Of a stretch of 64,000 nucleotides of DNA, positions 1-11,970 are shown piece after piece. Source of the stretch: Mustelus asterias (lineage: Eukaryota); assembly GCF_964213995.1 (NCBI RefSeq), contig NC_135806.1:21328001-21392000 (forward strand), read 5' to 3'. The translations under genes and the position numbers were made by a program. The notes below the pieces were generated by a model. The model saw only the letters and a list, made by a program, of their open reading frames with translations, did not search any database and was not told the origin of the DNA. Positions within the stretch are counted from its first letter, which is position 1, and every line of letters starts with the position of its first letter.

Positions 1-1009
1 CAGAGTAATTATTCGACAATATTGCAAGAATCTACAGCCTCAATATGTTCAGTCGGAGAAATGGAACATTTTGTGCAGATGGTAGGACGACAAGAGTTGA
101 TCAATTACATCCTCCTTGCACTCTTCACGAGTGTGAGTGCAACACATCATTTTGTGCACCACTGTACATATTATGCTTAGTTTTTTTTGCAGTACACAAA
201 GCAGTTTACTCAGGATGCATTTGTATCTGTGTCATCCTGTATGGAATGCTAACGGTGTGGGGAACTTTTCTCTGCTGCTTTCAGGGGACAGGACTGATGG
301 CGGGGGACGGACAACTGCCTCCCCCGCACCCTCCCCCCACCTCCCGGAGTCCCAAAAAGGATCTTACACCGGCAGGATTTCCAGTTGCGCTTGTTTCAGT
401 CCCCTACCAATGATGTAATGGATATCCCCATTTGACTATATTCAAATATCACTACCCAGTCTTTACACTTGATAGCCAATCCCCTGCTGTTAAATTGTCA
501 ATTCACGTTGGTGTGCCCTCATGCCGATGTGAATCATAACAGGTCCCCCATGACGTGCATCTGGCAAGCAGAATTCGTCTGAGGCACACAGGTAAGTACA
601 GCCCATAGCGGGGAGATGGCCATGCTTGGGCAGTGCCCTGGGGGCAGTACTAAGGGTTGTTCAATCGGATGGGGGTTGTTGGGTGGGTGGATGTTCTGTG
701 GGCAGAGCTCCTTGGGGTGGCCTCCATGTCCACGGTGGTTGGTGCGGGGGGGGGGGGGGGGGGGGGGGGGGGGGAGTGGGGGGTCCTTCGTGCTGGTGTG
801 GCTGCTGGAGGGGGCAGAGTTCTGAGTTGGTGGTGGGTTGCATGGGGGAGAGTTTCTATATTTCTTCTTTTTAAAAATGGCACCCAAATCTTTTAAAAAC
901 CAAGGCTGCTGGTGGGACAGGCTTGAGCAAAGCTTGCCCCACCAATGTGATCCCGTGGGTTAGATCCCTTAACTTTGTTTTTGATTAAGTGGCAAAAAGT
1001 AAACGTAAA

Positions 1010-1278
1010 GTATATTTATTAGCCACAAGTAAGGCTAACATTAACACTGCAATGAAGTTACTGTGAAAATCCCCTAGTCGCCACAATCCGGTGCCTGTTC
1101 GGGTCAATGCACCTAACCAGTACATCTTTTAGAATGTGGGAGGAAACTGGAGCACCCGGAGAAAACCCACACAAACATGGGGAGAACATGCAAACTCCAC
1201 GCAGACAGTGACCCAAGGCGGGAATCGAACCCAGGTCCTTGGCGCTGTGAAGAGGCAATTCTAACCACTGTGCTACCG
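1010..1278 (-). mobile_element. tRNA-derived V-SINE (HE1-like), tail type B
   Basis: The reverse strand has the tRNA-like head (GTAGCACAGTGGTTAG...GGTTCGATTCC) and the V-domain (GGGTGCTCCAGTTTCCTCCCAC). The tail reads GGGGATTTTCACAGTAACTTCATTGCAGTGTTAATG...AATAAA. Confidence 0.9.
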
Positions 1279-1404
1279 AGGAAGCTGTACTTGCAGCCAG
1301 TGACTTCAATTCTGTCTTTCCTGCCCACTGTGCCATTCTGTAGAAAAATGAGAAAATTTCACCCATTGTCTCTGAAAATGGCATGGAGGTGTCAATTGCC
1401 TCAA

Positions 1405-2990
1405 CTGGGCGGATAGACTGGAGAAGCTGGGCTTGTTCTCCTTAGAGAAGAGCAGGTTAAGAGGAAATTTGTTACAAGTGTTCAAAATCATGAGGGGACT
1501 AGGCAGAGTTGATAGGGAGAAAACGCTCTCCTTGACCAAGGGTCAAGAACCAGTGGACACCACTTTAGGTGATTGGCAAATCAAGCAACAATGACATGAA
1601 GAAAAAACTTTAAGTACAAGTGGTCTGTGGAGGGTGGTAGTGACCGCTTGAATTGTGGTTTTCAGAAGGGAGTTGGGTATGCACCTGAAGAGACACTGTT
1701 TTCAGGCTGCGGAGAAAGGGTGGGGGAGTGAGACCAGCAGCATTTCTCTTGCAGAGAGCTAGCATTGTAAGTTTTAGGGCAAATCCTCCATGATTAAAAA
1801 ACCCAGGGATAAGGAAAATGGCCGACTGGTTGTCAGGAACCTTTACAACCACATGAATATGCAAGAGGCTGGGAATAATGAGAAGGTCGAGACAGGGATA
1901 ATCTAATCAACAGGAAACAAAGGAGAAACCATGACCAGCAGACAAGGAGTAAATAGCCCAGCAGCAAGACAATGAGAACAGAGATCATTCCATCCACAGA
2001 CAACATCAATGACTCAGCTCGCTGATGGGATTCCAGTCAGGATGACTCAGAGAACATTTAAAAGATATTACAATGTCAATTAAGGGTGATCCCGACAGTT
2101 CCGGCCCTTTTGTCCCAGTCAATCGAAACTATCAATGATCAGAAACTGTTTTGGTGTGAGAGAATCACTGGTTCAGGTTTTAAAAAGGGACAAGCAAGCT
2201 CTGGTCTCTCTCTCTCTTCTGTTCGGACCAGCATGGCAGCACCCTCCACTCTCTTCTCCTGTTCCTGCCTCTCGTTCGTCTCCAGCACGCAGCCCGAAGC
2301 CCACTGAGCAATTTAAACTAGGATTGTGAGTACCCTCTGGTAATTCGCGAAGTTCCCGAGATCACCATAGTGGATGAGGCTTTGGGGAAAGGGGGGGCCT
2401 TTTGCATGCACCTTTCATAGTTTAAGACACTGGTAAACTTGTGTAAAATAAGCATTCTCGTTGTGTCTGTTTTAGTATTCCTTCCATGGCTATAGTCTTA
2501 TAGAGCATAAGGCATTGTGTGTTGTTTTCCTGGTGTTTGGTGACCTTGACCTTGATGTTTTAATAAATATTTATATATATATATATATCTTTGACTTCCA
2601 TTGGAGTCCGTTTTGATCTTTTCAATTTCTCACCAATGATCTCTGACCAAGTCACAATATTAAATATCCCTTTCCATAACTCCGGAGTCTAGAACTGAGG
2701 GTACCCTGGGCGCTTCGAAACCGCCCACTCAGGAAAGGTTGCCAGGTAGTGGATAGGCAGCAGTTTCCTTTTCTCTCTCTTGGGAGCGCTACTCTAGTGA
2801 AGTAGACGCAAGGGGGCCGTTGTTCCATCGACGAGAGAGAGAATCACTCGGGCATTGGTGGGGTTTGGGTAACGGAGAACCAAACCTAAAATAAGCCCAG
2901 TGGAGTTAAAAAGAGGGATCCCGCTACAGCATTGACATGAGGGACTGAGCTGCCTCAGTTTGTGCTGCAACCATTCTATGAATCTATAGG
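1405..2990 (+). mobile_element. CR1 LINE 3' fragment, split by a solo LTR (pieces ~1405-1765 and 2933-2990)
   Basis: Encodes the ORF2 C-terminus (RLEKLGLFSLEKSRLRGNL) and has a 3' UTR ending TTCTATGAATCTAT. The two pieces join cleanly once the LTR and one GCAT are removed. Confidence 0.85.
1766..2928 (+). mobile_element. Solo LTR, 1163 bp (ERV or Gypsy class)
   Basis: Termini TGTA...TACA. Exact 4-bp TSD GCAT at 1762-1765 and 2929-2932. TGACTCA at 2010 and 2043, TATA-like TTTAAAA near 2179, AATAAA at 2562. Confidence 0.85.
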
Positions 2991-3943
2991 ACATTTGTCA
3001 GTTCCCACTATTTCTTCTGTGTTATTTTTACAAATGTCACATAGATTAATAACATGCCACCCGAGTTGGGCCACATCCAAGATGTCAGTATAAGTAGTGT
3101 GAAACTGTGACCACCACGGCACCACAAATGACATGAAATAATGTTGGCAGTGCCGACAGGAATTAATTAATACTGTCCCTATCCTGCCATATCAGTGCTG
3201 CTAATGGAGGATCAAAATACAATGATTGATTTGTGCTGCACTGAACTCCACTGGCTCTGCAAATGATGATGCTTGTACAATTTTCCTGCAGTACCACAAT
3301 AATAAATAAATAGTCCCTGGTACCTGACACAAGCTGCAAATTAATATATGGTTACTCTGCAAAATAAAACAAAGCGGAAATCAAATTTAAGCTCACAAAA
3401 CCACAGAGGGAGCACTATGATTTAGTTCAAGGTCAAAATAACCAATGGAGTGTGTGCATCATCTTTTTATTTGTAAATACTGACATCTTGATGCATGTTT
3501 GCTGGATAGATACAGAACAAAACAGGAAATCTTTCAATCATGTGCTTAAGTTCTGTCTCAAATCCTTTTTAAAAAGATAGAATATTAAAATTGCAGCTGC
3601 CAGAACTTGCAGTTAATGTAGTTCCTTTCATAAAGAATGGACTTAAGTTTCATGCCCAGCTGGCCTCCACACATCAACTGATAGATATTTATCGACAAAC
3701 AATCCAGTATTTTTTGTCGTGATGCATCTGTTTGTGTCTCAATTAAAATCTTAAATTTAGAAATGGTATTTTCCATTGTAAAAGTAATAAAAAGGTTGCA
3801 CTAAACTGAGTTTATAATTACAAGGTATAGGATATAGTATGGAAGGTTGAGTTCATTTTCATTCTTTCATGTAGGCTCTATTCATCCAATGCAGATTGCA
3901 GCCTTCATTGTGTCTTATCTATTCATCTTTAATCTTTGCTGGC

Positions 3944-4249
3944 CATAGAATCCCTGCAGTGCAGAAAGAGGCCATTCAGCTCATCAAGCCTGCACCATCA
4001 ACAATCCCACTCAGGCCCAATCCCCGTAACTCCACTTATTTACCGTGTTAATTTACTCTGACACAAAGGGGCAATTTAGTATGGCCAATCAACCTAACCC
4101 GCACATCATTGGAATGTGGGAGGAAACCGGAGCGTCCAGAAGAAAACAATACAGATATGGGGAGAATGTGCAAAGTCCAAACTGTCATCCAAGCCCAGAA
4201 TTGAACCCGGGTCCCTGGCGTTGTGAGGGAGCAGTGCTGCCATCGTGCC
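3944..4249 (-). mobile_element. V-SINE (HE1-like), CR1-type tail A
   Basis: V-domain present. The reverse-strand tail reads GAATGGCCTC...GGGATTCTATG. Confidence 0.9.
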
Positions 4250-5279
4250 ATCCATGTGGTTCCTACAGGACAACCTGTAGGTATGATATTGTGTCACTTC
4301 CTTCTCTGCCGCCCCCTTCTTTATCCTATTCTAGACTGTTACCACGTCAATATTTTTTGTCAGACTATTATCATTTCTTCAAACAGCATGCCCAGCCAAT
4401 CTCTGTTTGGTTTCTTTTACCTTCCGAATGACATCCTTAGCCCTGTGTTTTCTGACACATTTCATTGTACCTAACTTTATCCCAGGTGGATATCTGTAAC
4501 ATCCGTCTCCCCATTGCTCACTGGACAGGGGGGGAAAATGAGCCGATGATTGGTGGGGTTGGGGGGGGGGGGTGGGGGGGGGGGCGCGGGGGTGGTGGGG
4601 AAGGGGCCGAATATCAAATTGGGAGTGGGGGCTTGGATAGAAGTGCTGACGCTGAATGGGGGTGTGGTTGGAAGCCGCTGAGGCCTCTGTGGTGGGCTGG
4701 GCGGGGAGGTTTATACAGGTTATGATTGGGGCACTCTTTAAAGATGGCACCTGGCAATTTGAGCCCTACTCCCGTGTCTGATGGTGTGAAACATGTTCCC
4801 CATGAGTTATTTTGGCAGAGTGTTGTAAGATTTGAAGAGAAAACCGGCCTGTTTCTCGGGAGAGAAACACATCGGTTTTCCAGCCAGAAACAACACTACC
4901 ATTTTTTTGTAAGACTTAGCCCGAAGAGTCTGGGAAGTGAGCTCAATTCATTTCCATTGACTTGAACAACCCTTCCATCAATCATACATACATAAAAGTG
5001 CATTCATAACAATGAACGAGAGAATGCACAGGCCAGAATTGAATGGCCACCTCAGATGAGTTTGGAATAAAGGGATATTTAACCAGGTATGAAGGTACCA
5101 GATGGGCACACTGGCACCTTGCTATCTTTGCCACCGCATGTCAGTCAAACATGGGAGGGTTCGTGGACAGCCTTCCCGCCCTGACACCAATTAAAGCCCG
5201 TAAGTGGGTTGAATACCAATGGCAAGCGGGGAAGCCATCATGCTGTAAGCCAGAAAAGCAAACCCTGCTGCACTTAGTG

Positions 5280-5640
5280 GGGAGATGATGGCCTCGTGGC
5301 ATTATTGCTGGACTATTAATCCAGAAACTCTGGTAATGTTCTGGGGACCCAGGTTCAAATCCTGCCACGCAGATGGTGGAATTTGAATTCAACAAAAATT
5401 ATCTGGAATTACAAATGTACTAATGACCATGAAACCACTGTCAATTGTCGGAAAAACTCATCTGGTTCACTAATGTCATTTAGGGAAGGAAATTTACCGT
5501 CCTTACCTGGTCTGGCCTACATGTGACTCCAGAGCCACAGCAATGTGGTTAACTCTCAACTGCCCTCGGCCAACTAAGGATGGGCAATAAATGCTGGCCA
5601 GCCAGTGACGCCCATGGTGTCCCATGTATGAATAATAAGA
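5280..5640 (+). mobile_element. tRNA-derived SINE with L2-type 3' tail
   Basis: Box A/B-like head (TGGCCTCGTGG...GGTTCAAATCC). Its tail GGATGGGCAATAAATGCTGGCC...ATGAAT is shared with the L2 LINE end at ~51545-51620. Confidence 0.8.
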
Positions 5641-6262
5641 AAACACCAAGTGACCAGCATTGGGAAGAGAGAGGCCTACTGTACGCCAACCCACTGCATT
5701 TTCTTTTGAACCCTTCTCTCACCGCCCCCAGCCAGTATCCCACTCCCTGCAACCACCCTAATGCCCTCACTCAAATCACTCACTGATCTTTGGCATTTGG
5801 TGGATCTCCAAAGTGGTGCCTACAGCAACGAGGAGCTACCAGCTTCTGCTCAGCTGGCAACATTAGGTGACTGATTTTCATCCCCATGGTCCTTGAACCC
5901 AGGGAAGGCCAATTGCCACTTAAGTGACACTAAATAAGGTGGGGCTTTCATCAAAGGATGCAATGGAGGGGCTCTTGCTGGGTCTCCAGCTGACTGGTGA
6001 GACCCAGGTTGCCTGGATTAAATTCCGCTTGCAGCTTTTGTTTCCCGAAACAAGCAGGACTGTCAAAAGTCAAACAATCAATCCCACAGAATCAAGTAAA
6101 CAACCAAAGCTAGAGGTTTGTTCTCAGTTGTGCTATTTTGGCATAATTCTATGGGAATATGCAAAATTGGCACTTTTGGTACAAATAATATTCAATGCTT
6201 TTCCTGCAATCTTTTGCTAAATCAGATCCTGCCCACAAAACAGTTTGTGCCCCTTGGGCAAA

Positions 6263-6545
6263 GTTTAAGTTTATTTATTACACAAATAGGCTGACATTAA
6301 CACCGCAATGAAGTTTCTGTGAAAATCCCCTAGTCACCACAGTCTAGCACCTGTCTGGGTCAATGCACCTCACCAGCATGTCTTTCAGAATGTGGGAGGA
6401 AACCTGAGCGCCCGGAGAAAACCCACGCAGACACGGGGAGAATGTGCAAACTCCACACAGACAGTGACCCAAGGCGAGAATCGAACCCGGGTCCCTGGCA
6501 CTGTGAAGCAGCAGTGCCAACCATTGTGCTACCGTGCCACCCCCG
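6263..6545 (-). mobile_element. V-SINE, tail type B
   Basis: tRNA head, V-domain and type-B tail on the reverse strand. Confidence 0.9.
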
Positions 6546-6559
6546 CCCCAGTGGGTGTT

Positions 6560-8150
6560 CTTAGCAGGCAGGCTTCTGGGCCACCATCTGATGAGCGCCA
6601 CACTGCTGCTGATGCACATCAGGCAGAGGCAGGAAGATCCCAGGGATCAGAAAGTCTGAGGTCTGCTGGATCCCGGGAGTCAACAGTGCCCCAGCCAGAT
6701 GCTGTGCCTCCGGCGTCGCTTGTCCCTCAGCTAATTGAGGTGCAAAGACAGAGCCAGAACTCCCAGGAAGGGGTGTGAAGGCTGCAAGGCTGAGTAAGAG
6801 TGCCAAAGCATTCAGTCACAGGAGATTGTACCGGCAATCTGAGGCATCGAGGTCATCACTGCAAAGGTGTTGGCTGCAGCGGAGAGCCTGGGGCTTGAAG
6901 TCAGATCCATGGCAGGAGATGTCTGAAGCATGGCTTAGCCCATGAGCTCCATGTCTGAGGGCATCAACTGCATGGTGCAGACACTGGTTGGCATCCAGTG
7001 CAGCTGCCCTTCAATTGCATGGAGTGACTCAGGGGGCCACAAGCACTCAAGGTGGAGGAAGATCTGCTGGTGCACAGCTCGGGGCCTTCCACCCAGAAGA
7101 CCCTGGGAGTGCCTTGCCCAGCTGACTCCACCTTTCCAGTGACCAGTGTCCCTCAGGCTCAGCAGACAGGGTGGCACTACAACACCAGTCTCACCCAAAA
7201 TTAGGCTGGGACCCTCCATGTCCCAGCCCTTCAGAGAACACCCACCAAGGGCATGTCAGGCATCAGGGCATTATAGACAGAGAAAGAACAACTACAATCA
7301 TGAGTTTAACAATAATAATGGCAATGTTGGCTTTAAAGGGCTATTCTGGCTGAGAGTTAAGCAGGCTGGGATTTTTGGTCAACTTATATTTTAAAACAGA
7401 TGCAGGTTGCTGGGAATCATGACCTGGTCTGGGAACCGTGACCTGAAGCTTCCTGTATTGATCAAATATAAGAAGTTGTTTAGTTTGAGTTAGACCTGAT
7501 GGCACCGAGCTTTTATTGGTTTTTGTGTGAGCTACATGCGATCTGAACTGAGCATAATGGAGTAGTTTACAAATAATTTAATTGGCTGTTCGAGCCATGA
7601 GATCGGTTTCCGGTTACACCATCGGCTGGTTTCCAGAGAATTTTCTGGAAAGTTGAAACATTGTTGAGGATAAAAGACACATGCATCCTTTGTCTGTCGC
7701 AATAACTCTTGAGATTAACCATCGCAAGAAGAAGTGTGCCCTGAGGAACATCTTCAGAGACCATGAGGATAGATTCTGCATTGGGAATGGACTTGGCCAT
7801 TATGTTCTAACTGGGTAGTGTCTATTTTCAGTTAAAGTTCAGTTAGAGCTAACGTCCAGTTCAGAGTTAAAGTTAGTAAAGGAGATGAAGTATTGCAACT
7901 GTTTGAATTGGAACGTAAGGTGTTAAATAAAGGAAGCTTGTTAAGAGAATTAAGAGTTGATGCCTGTCCTTGTTTGTCACATTAAATTGGAATGCTTGAA
8001 AGAGCTTGAATTAGTGGCCGAATAATAGCATCGTAGGCAGCAAGTCTCCTCCAACCCAGATGTGCATCCTAGGGACAAACTAAGATGTAGTGGGAGGGTA
8101 CGTAATGTTAAGAAAGTGTAGGTGCACAGCATGGGCACAGTGCAAAGTGA
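6560..8150 (+). mobile_element. Probable decayed accessory ORF region of a Harbinger transposon (interrupted by an LTR)
   Basis: GC-rich, coding-like remnants converge on the Harbinger transposase relic. The call rests on architecture only; no Myb/SANT motif was read. Confidence 0.35.
7325..8039 (+). mobile_element. Probable solo LTR, 715 bp
   Basis: TG...CA termini; 4-bp TSD GCAA at 7321-7324 and 8040-8043; TATAA near 7467; AATAAA near 7926. It is an AT-richer block inside GC-rich Harbinger sequence. Confidence 0.6.
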
Positions 8151-8379
8151 GGAACTTGTAGCTCTGCAACACTGTCATCTGTCCAATTTTGATCCACCAT
8201 TTTATTGAAGATAATTGATGTTCACCACTTTAAGGCTTCATAAGCTAAGTTACTTCTTAATGGAATTGTGCTTCTCACCTTCGGGACATATTTGGTCTTA
8301 TAGGGCCGACATGCCCTCCAAGTGATGAGGTCTTCTTAGTGCAACAGTTTCATTCTCAGAGTCTGGACTCAGTCATGAT

Positions 8380-9500
8380 GCAGGGAGCCTGAGACCCTCA
8401 CCCCAAATCCTCCTCTTCAGCATAAGGGCAGAAGAAGAATGTATGCGCTCATCGTCGCTCTGACGTGAGCCCAGGGAGTTTGAATGCTGGCATCAGACAG
8501 ACAGGAGTCAGACATTAGCAATATCTTGAAGGAGAATCATGGATCTTTCCTCACTGATATAGTGCAGGGCTCCACCGGACCTCTCTCAGGAGTGGAAGTG
8601 CATCTTCAGAAGTCCAATTCATCACTTGATCACCAAGTGTGTGGCATTGTGTGCCTTGCTGTTCTCTGAAGAATTCTGTGGCCTCCGCACTGGTGTCATC
8701 AGCCACAGCCTGAGGGGATAACCCTTGTCCCCGGGGAGCCTTCCCTGTAGCCTGGGTATCCCTCAAAGAGTCTCGGGATCTGGGACTGGCCAAGGATGAA
8801 AGCTGTCATGTATGTTCCCTGGGAAATGGGCACACACATGCATTATATGCAGCTCATAGTCGTAGACCAGCTGCACATTTAGGGAGAGGAGCTCCGACCT
8901 GTAAATGAAGGGGACACCTGATGCAATGGAGCATGGAGAGCCACATGGGTGCAGTCAATTTCCCTCTGCACCTGTGGCAAACCTGTTTTCTGGCCGAACC
9001 TCGTGGATCTCTCACCCTGTCTGGCTTGGTCCTGATCAAAATGACTGTCGTCATTTGTCCTGATGTGGAGATGCCGGCGTTGGACTGGGGTGAACACAGT
9101 AAGAGCTTTAACAACACCAGGTTAAAGTCCAACAGGTTTATTTGGTAGCAAATACCATTAGCTTTCGGAGCACTGCTTTTTGGAGCAGCGCTCCGAAAGC
9201 TAATGGTATTTGCTACCAAATAAACCTGTTGGACTTTAACCTGGTGTTGTTAAAGCTCTTACTGTGTCATTTGTCCTGGCATAGACTGTATCCACCACCT
9301 CATGGATGCACTTATGAGAGAATGCCTGAGAGATTCCACACAGGTCCCCGGTGGAGTCCTGGAAGAATCCCGAGGCACTGAAATTCAGGGCTGCCCTACC
9401 CTTAGTGCAGCAGGTGTCCTCCTGGGCTGGGAAGATCACAATTGGAAATCTTGCCACAGCAAATCCCATTTTTGGCCTCTCATGAGTTTTAGCAGCCATT
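8380..9500 (-). pseudogene. Decayed PIF/Harbinger DDE transposase (HARBI1-like family)
   Basis: Reverse-strand motifs occur in the expected order: GFFQDSTGDLCGISQA, EIDCTHVAL, GDKGYPLRLWLMTPVRRP, IGLLKMHF...RSGGALHY. Multiple stops and frameshifts. Confidence 0.9.
9063..9265 (-). mobile_element. Penelope-like mini-insertion made of two inverted terminal-repeat arms plus tail
   Basis: 13-bp TSD GTCATTTGTCCTG at 9050-9062 and 9266-9278. 84-bp arms at 9094-9177 and 9184-9267 with one mismatch. The sequence matches the termini of the PLE at 54579-56230. Confidence 0.9.
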
Positions 9501-10275
9501 ACGGGATTGCGCCCATGGCTAACATGGCCGCTAGATCATGCCCATTGTTTCATCCAGCTTAGAATTTGTGGTCCTTTGAAGTTCCTTCCTGACTCCTGTT
9601 CCTTCAGAAAACAAGGGATTTTCACAACTATTTAGAGGATACAACTGGAGGAGTCTTTTGCATTTGAATGACTCTTTGTCGCCAGCTCTAGGGTCTGATG
9701 AGGAAAGATGCCACGTTGTCCGCCCATACTTCCACTTAGAAAAAGGCTTTCAAACTCAATATAAAGATCTGAAGACAGTAATGTACCTTTAAAGACCATT
9801 GACCTTAAATCTGTAATCTCACAATTCCATGTTTGTGACAATTATGTAGCTATAAAGTTAGGCATTTGGAAATTGAATTGAAGGGCGAGAAACTCTTTGG
9901 TTTCTGCAAGTAGGTCAAAGAAGACAAACATAAAAAGAGTTGCTTCTTATAAAACGCCTACCTGAAAACGAACTGAAGCACCCACTTATGTTAACCTCAA
10001 TAGCAGCTTTTTATGTCAAGATGCACAACTACTTGCTTCCTTCCTTTGGCATTGTGATTGAGTGCAAAATATTGTTTCAGGAGAACAAATCCTGAAAAGA
10101 TTTGATTGCTATCAGGTCTCTGAATAATTCGAGAGCGGCTGCCATTCAAAGACCATGAATCAGTTCCACTGCTAATAAAAAAAAACATTGCATCACTTTT
10201 ATGCCATATCCTGGCTGATTCTCATAATTAAACTTCCAAAAATTTATCACAATTTTTACCTTGCTAACTGCACAG

Positions 10276-10294
10276 TCTTTCCAGCAAAGGAAGG
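10276..10294 (+). other. Candidate microexon (19 nt, or 10 nt from the alternative AG at 10283-10284)
   Basis: Branch-like GCTAAC, TGC motifs and CAG acceptor(s) upstream, with a consensus donor G|GTAAGT. Lies in non-repeat sequence. Confidence 0.4.
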
Positions 10295-11303
10295 GTAAGT
10301 ATTGCACAGCAGTTGATGAACATCCTGTTAATGGAACATATAAATAGGCGCTGTGATCCATTCCGTATACTGTACATCCTAACGGCTTATAAAACAGTTC
10401 AGAGTAGGTGTCAGTATCACAGGCAGTGTTCTGTGGCAGTCTTGAAATTGATCCCACATGAGACTAGCAGATCTACACAGGAACAGTTCTGTCACACAAA
10501 GCATTGTATCAAAACTGAAATGCGCAACTAAGTATGAATCATCGGGCATGAGACTGTATCAAATACACATCTCCAACATCAGCCAATGACAATCAATAAA
10601 ACTAATGCAATATCTGCAAAACCAGAGAGATGCCTGTGGGCAATTACAGCATGCCTGTATTGCCACCAGGTATTCTAAAACAAGAAACAAAAATACAATT
10701 TTATATGTTTATTGTACTGCATACTAGAACAACAATCCAAAATTACAATCTCTGTATCCTTCTTCCAATATGATCTTTGTCCCAAATGTGTAATTAGCTG
10801 CCAAGTGCATGTGTGCAGTATACAATATAGTATATGGTTAAAAATATTGTTCTGCAATTTTTACATAAGTTACTTAATATTAAATTTGTCAGAAACAGAC
10901 TCAAAGTGAAACATTTTCTTTAGAGTATTGTTGTTGTCAAACAATGAGATTAATGCAAACATAGTTTGACCAGCAACTGACACCAACTCTTCAGCTGATG
11001 TTAACCATATCTGTACACCCTATTCTGCTTAATAGCTGCAGTACCAAGACAGGAAAAAATTCTGAATATAGTTATTAAAATCTCTGATCGCTGCAGGATA
11101 TTATTTTTTGCAGTTACTTTCAAAGTTCAAATGGTTACTATTTAAAGTCAAAGGAAACAGAGACACATTAAAATCGACCCATTTTGTATACAATATGAAA
11201 CTAGGTGGCAAGGCAAATATTTCAAACAAGAAACTGGCCAGAGATGCACAAAAGAACAATGGTAGATAATTTGATGCAGAGATGCAGAGAGGTCACGTCA
11301 CAT

Positions 11304-11577
11304 TGTGGTGAACCATCGTTGGTTACCACTGTGGGGTTATTCTAATGTTGTTGTTGGGCTAGGGTGTTTTCACTGTGGGATTAATACACCTGTGGTGGTT
11401 GCTGTTGTGGCACATCCCAGTCGGGCCCCGCCTCCTGGGAGAGGTATAAGACCCTCTGCTCGGGCGGGACCCCTCCAGTCTGGAATGGTGTACTCGTGTT
11501 TAAATAGTTCCATTGTTAGACAATAAAAGCCTTCAATTACCGAAGCCTTGTGTCTCGTGCTCGATTGTCGTGCATCA
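11304..11577 (+). mobile_element. Solo LTR, 274 bp (Gypsy/BEL-type size and TSD)
   Basis: TG...CA termini; exact 5-bp TSD CACAT at 11299-11303 and 11578-11582; TATAA near 11445; AATAAA at 11522. CpGs are retained. Confidence 0.85.
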
Positions 11578-11599
11578 CACATGTTCACTGGATTTGAGA

Positions 11600-11720
11600 G
11601 AATTAGATGGTGGAATTTGAATTCAATAAAAAAATCTGGAATTAGGAATTTACTGATGACCATGAAACCATTGTCGATTGTCAGAAAAACCCACCTGATT
11701 TACTAATGTCCTTTAGGGAC
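11600..11720 (+). mobile_element. Internal fragment of the L2-tailed tRNA SINE
   Basis: Near-identical to ~5370-5487. Confidence 0.8.
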
Positions 11721-11722
11721 AC

Positions 11723-11970
11723 TACTACTTTCTCAGAAGACTAAGGAAATTTGGTATGTCCATACGACTCTCACCATCTTTTACAGATGCACGATAGAAA
11801 GCATTCTTTCTGGTTGTATCACAGCTTGGTATGGCTCCTGCTCCATCCAAGACTGCAGGAAATTACAAAGGGTCGTGAATGAAGCCCAGTCCATCACTCA
11901 GTCCAGCCTCCCACCCATTGACACTGTCTATACTTCCCGCTGCCTCGGAAAAGCAGTCAGCATTTACCAA
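11723..11970 (+). mobile_element. Rex1/Babar LINE ORF 3' fragment
   Basis: Translates as YFLRRLRKFGMS...FYRCTIESILSGCITAWYGSCS. Confidence 0.8.

Noticed and set aside
534-896. Poly-Pro and poly-Gly ORFs
   Set aside because: They are translations of a G homopolymer in GC-rich repeat-like DNA; the same applies near 4560, 36270, 48390 and 53680.
1058-1416. Recurrent peptides such as [17 protein letters not shown] and GRKPEHPEETHAD
   Set aside because: They are translations of SINE copies, not a gene family.
9063-9265. PLE hairpins interpreted as MITEs, terminators or CRISPR repeats
   Set aside because: The one-sided tail, 12-14 bp TSDs and identity to the RT/GIY-YIG element termini indicate retrotransposon origin. 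There is no repeat-spacer array anywhere in the window.
8380-9500. Domesticated HARBI1 gene
   Set aside because: Multiple stops and a nested insertion show it is a transposon relic.
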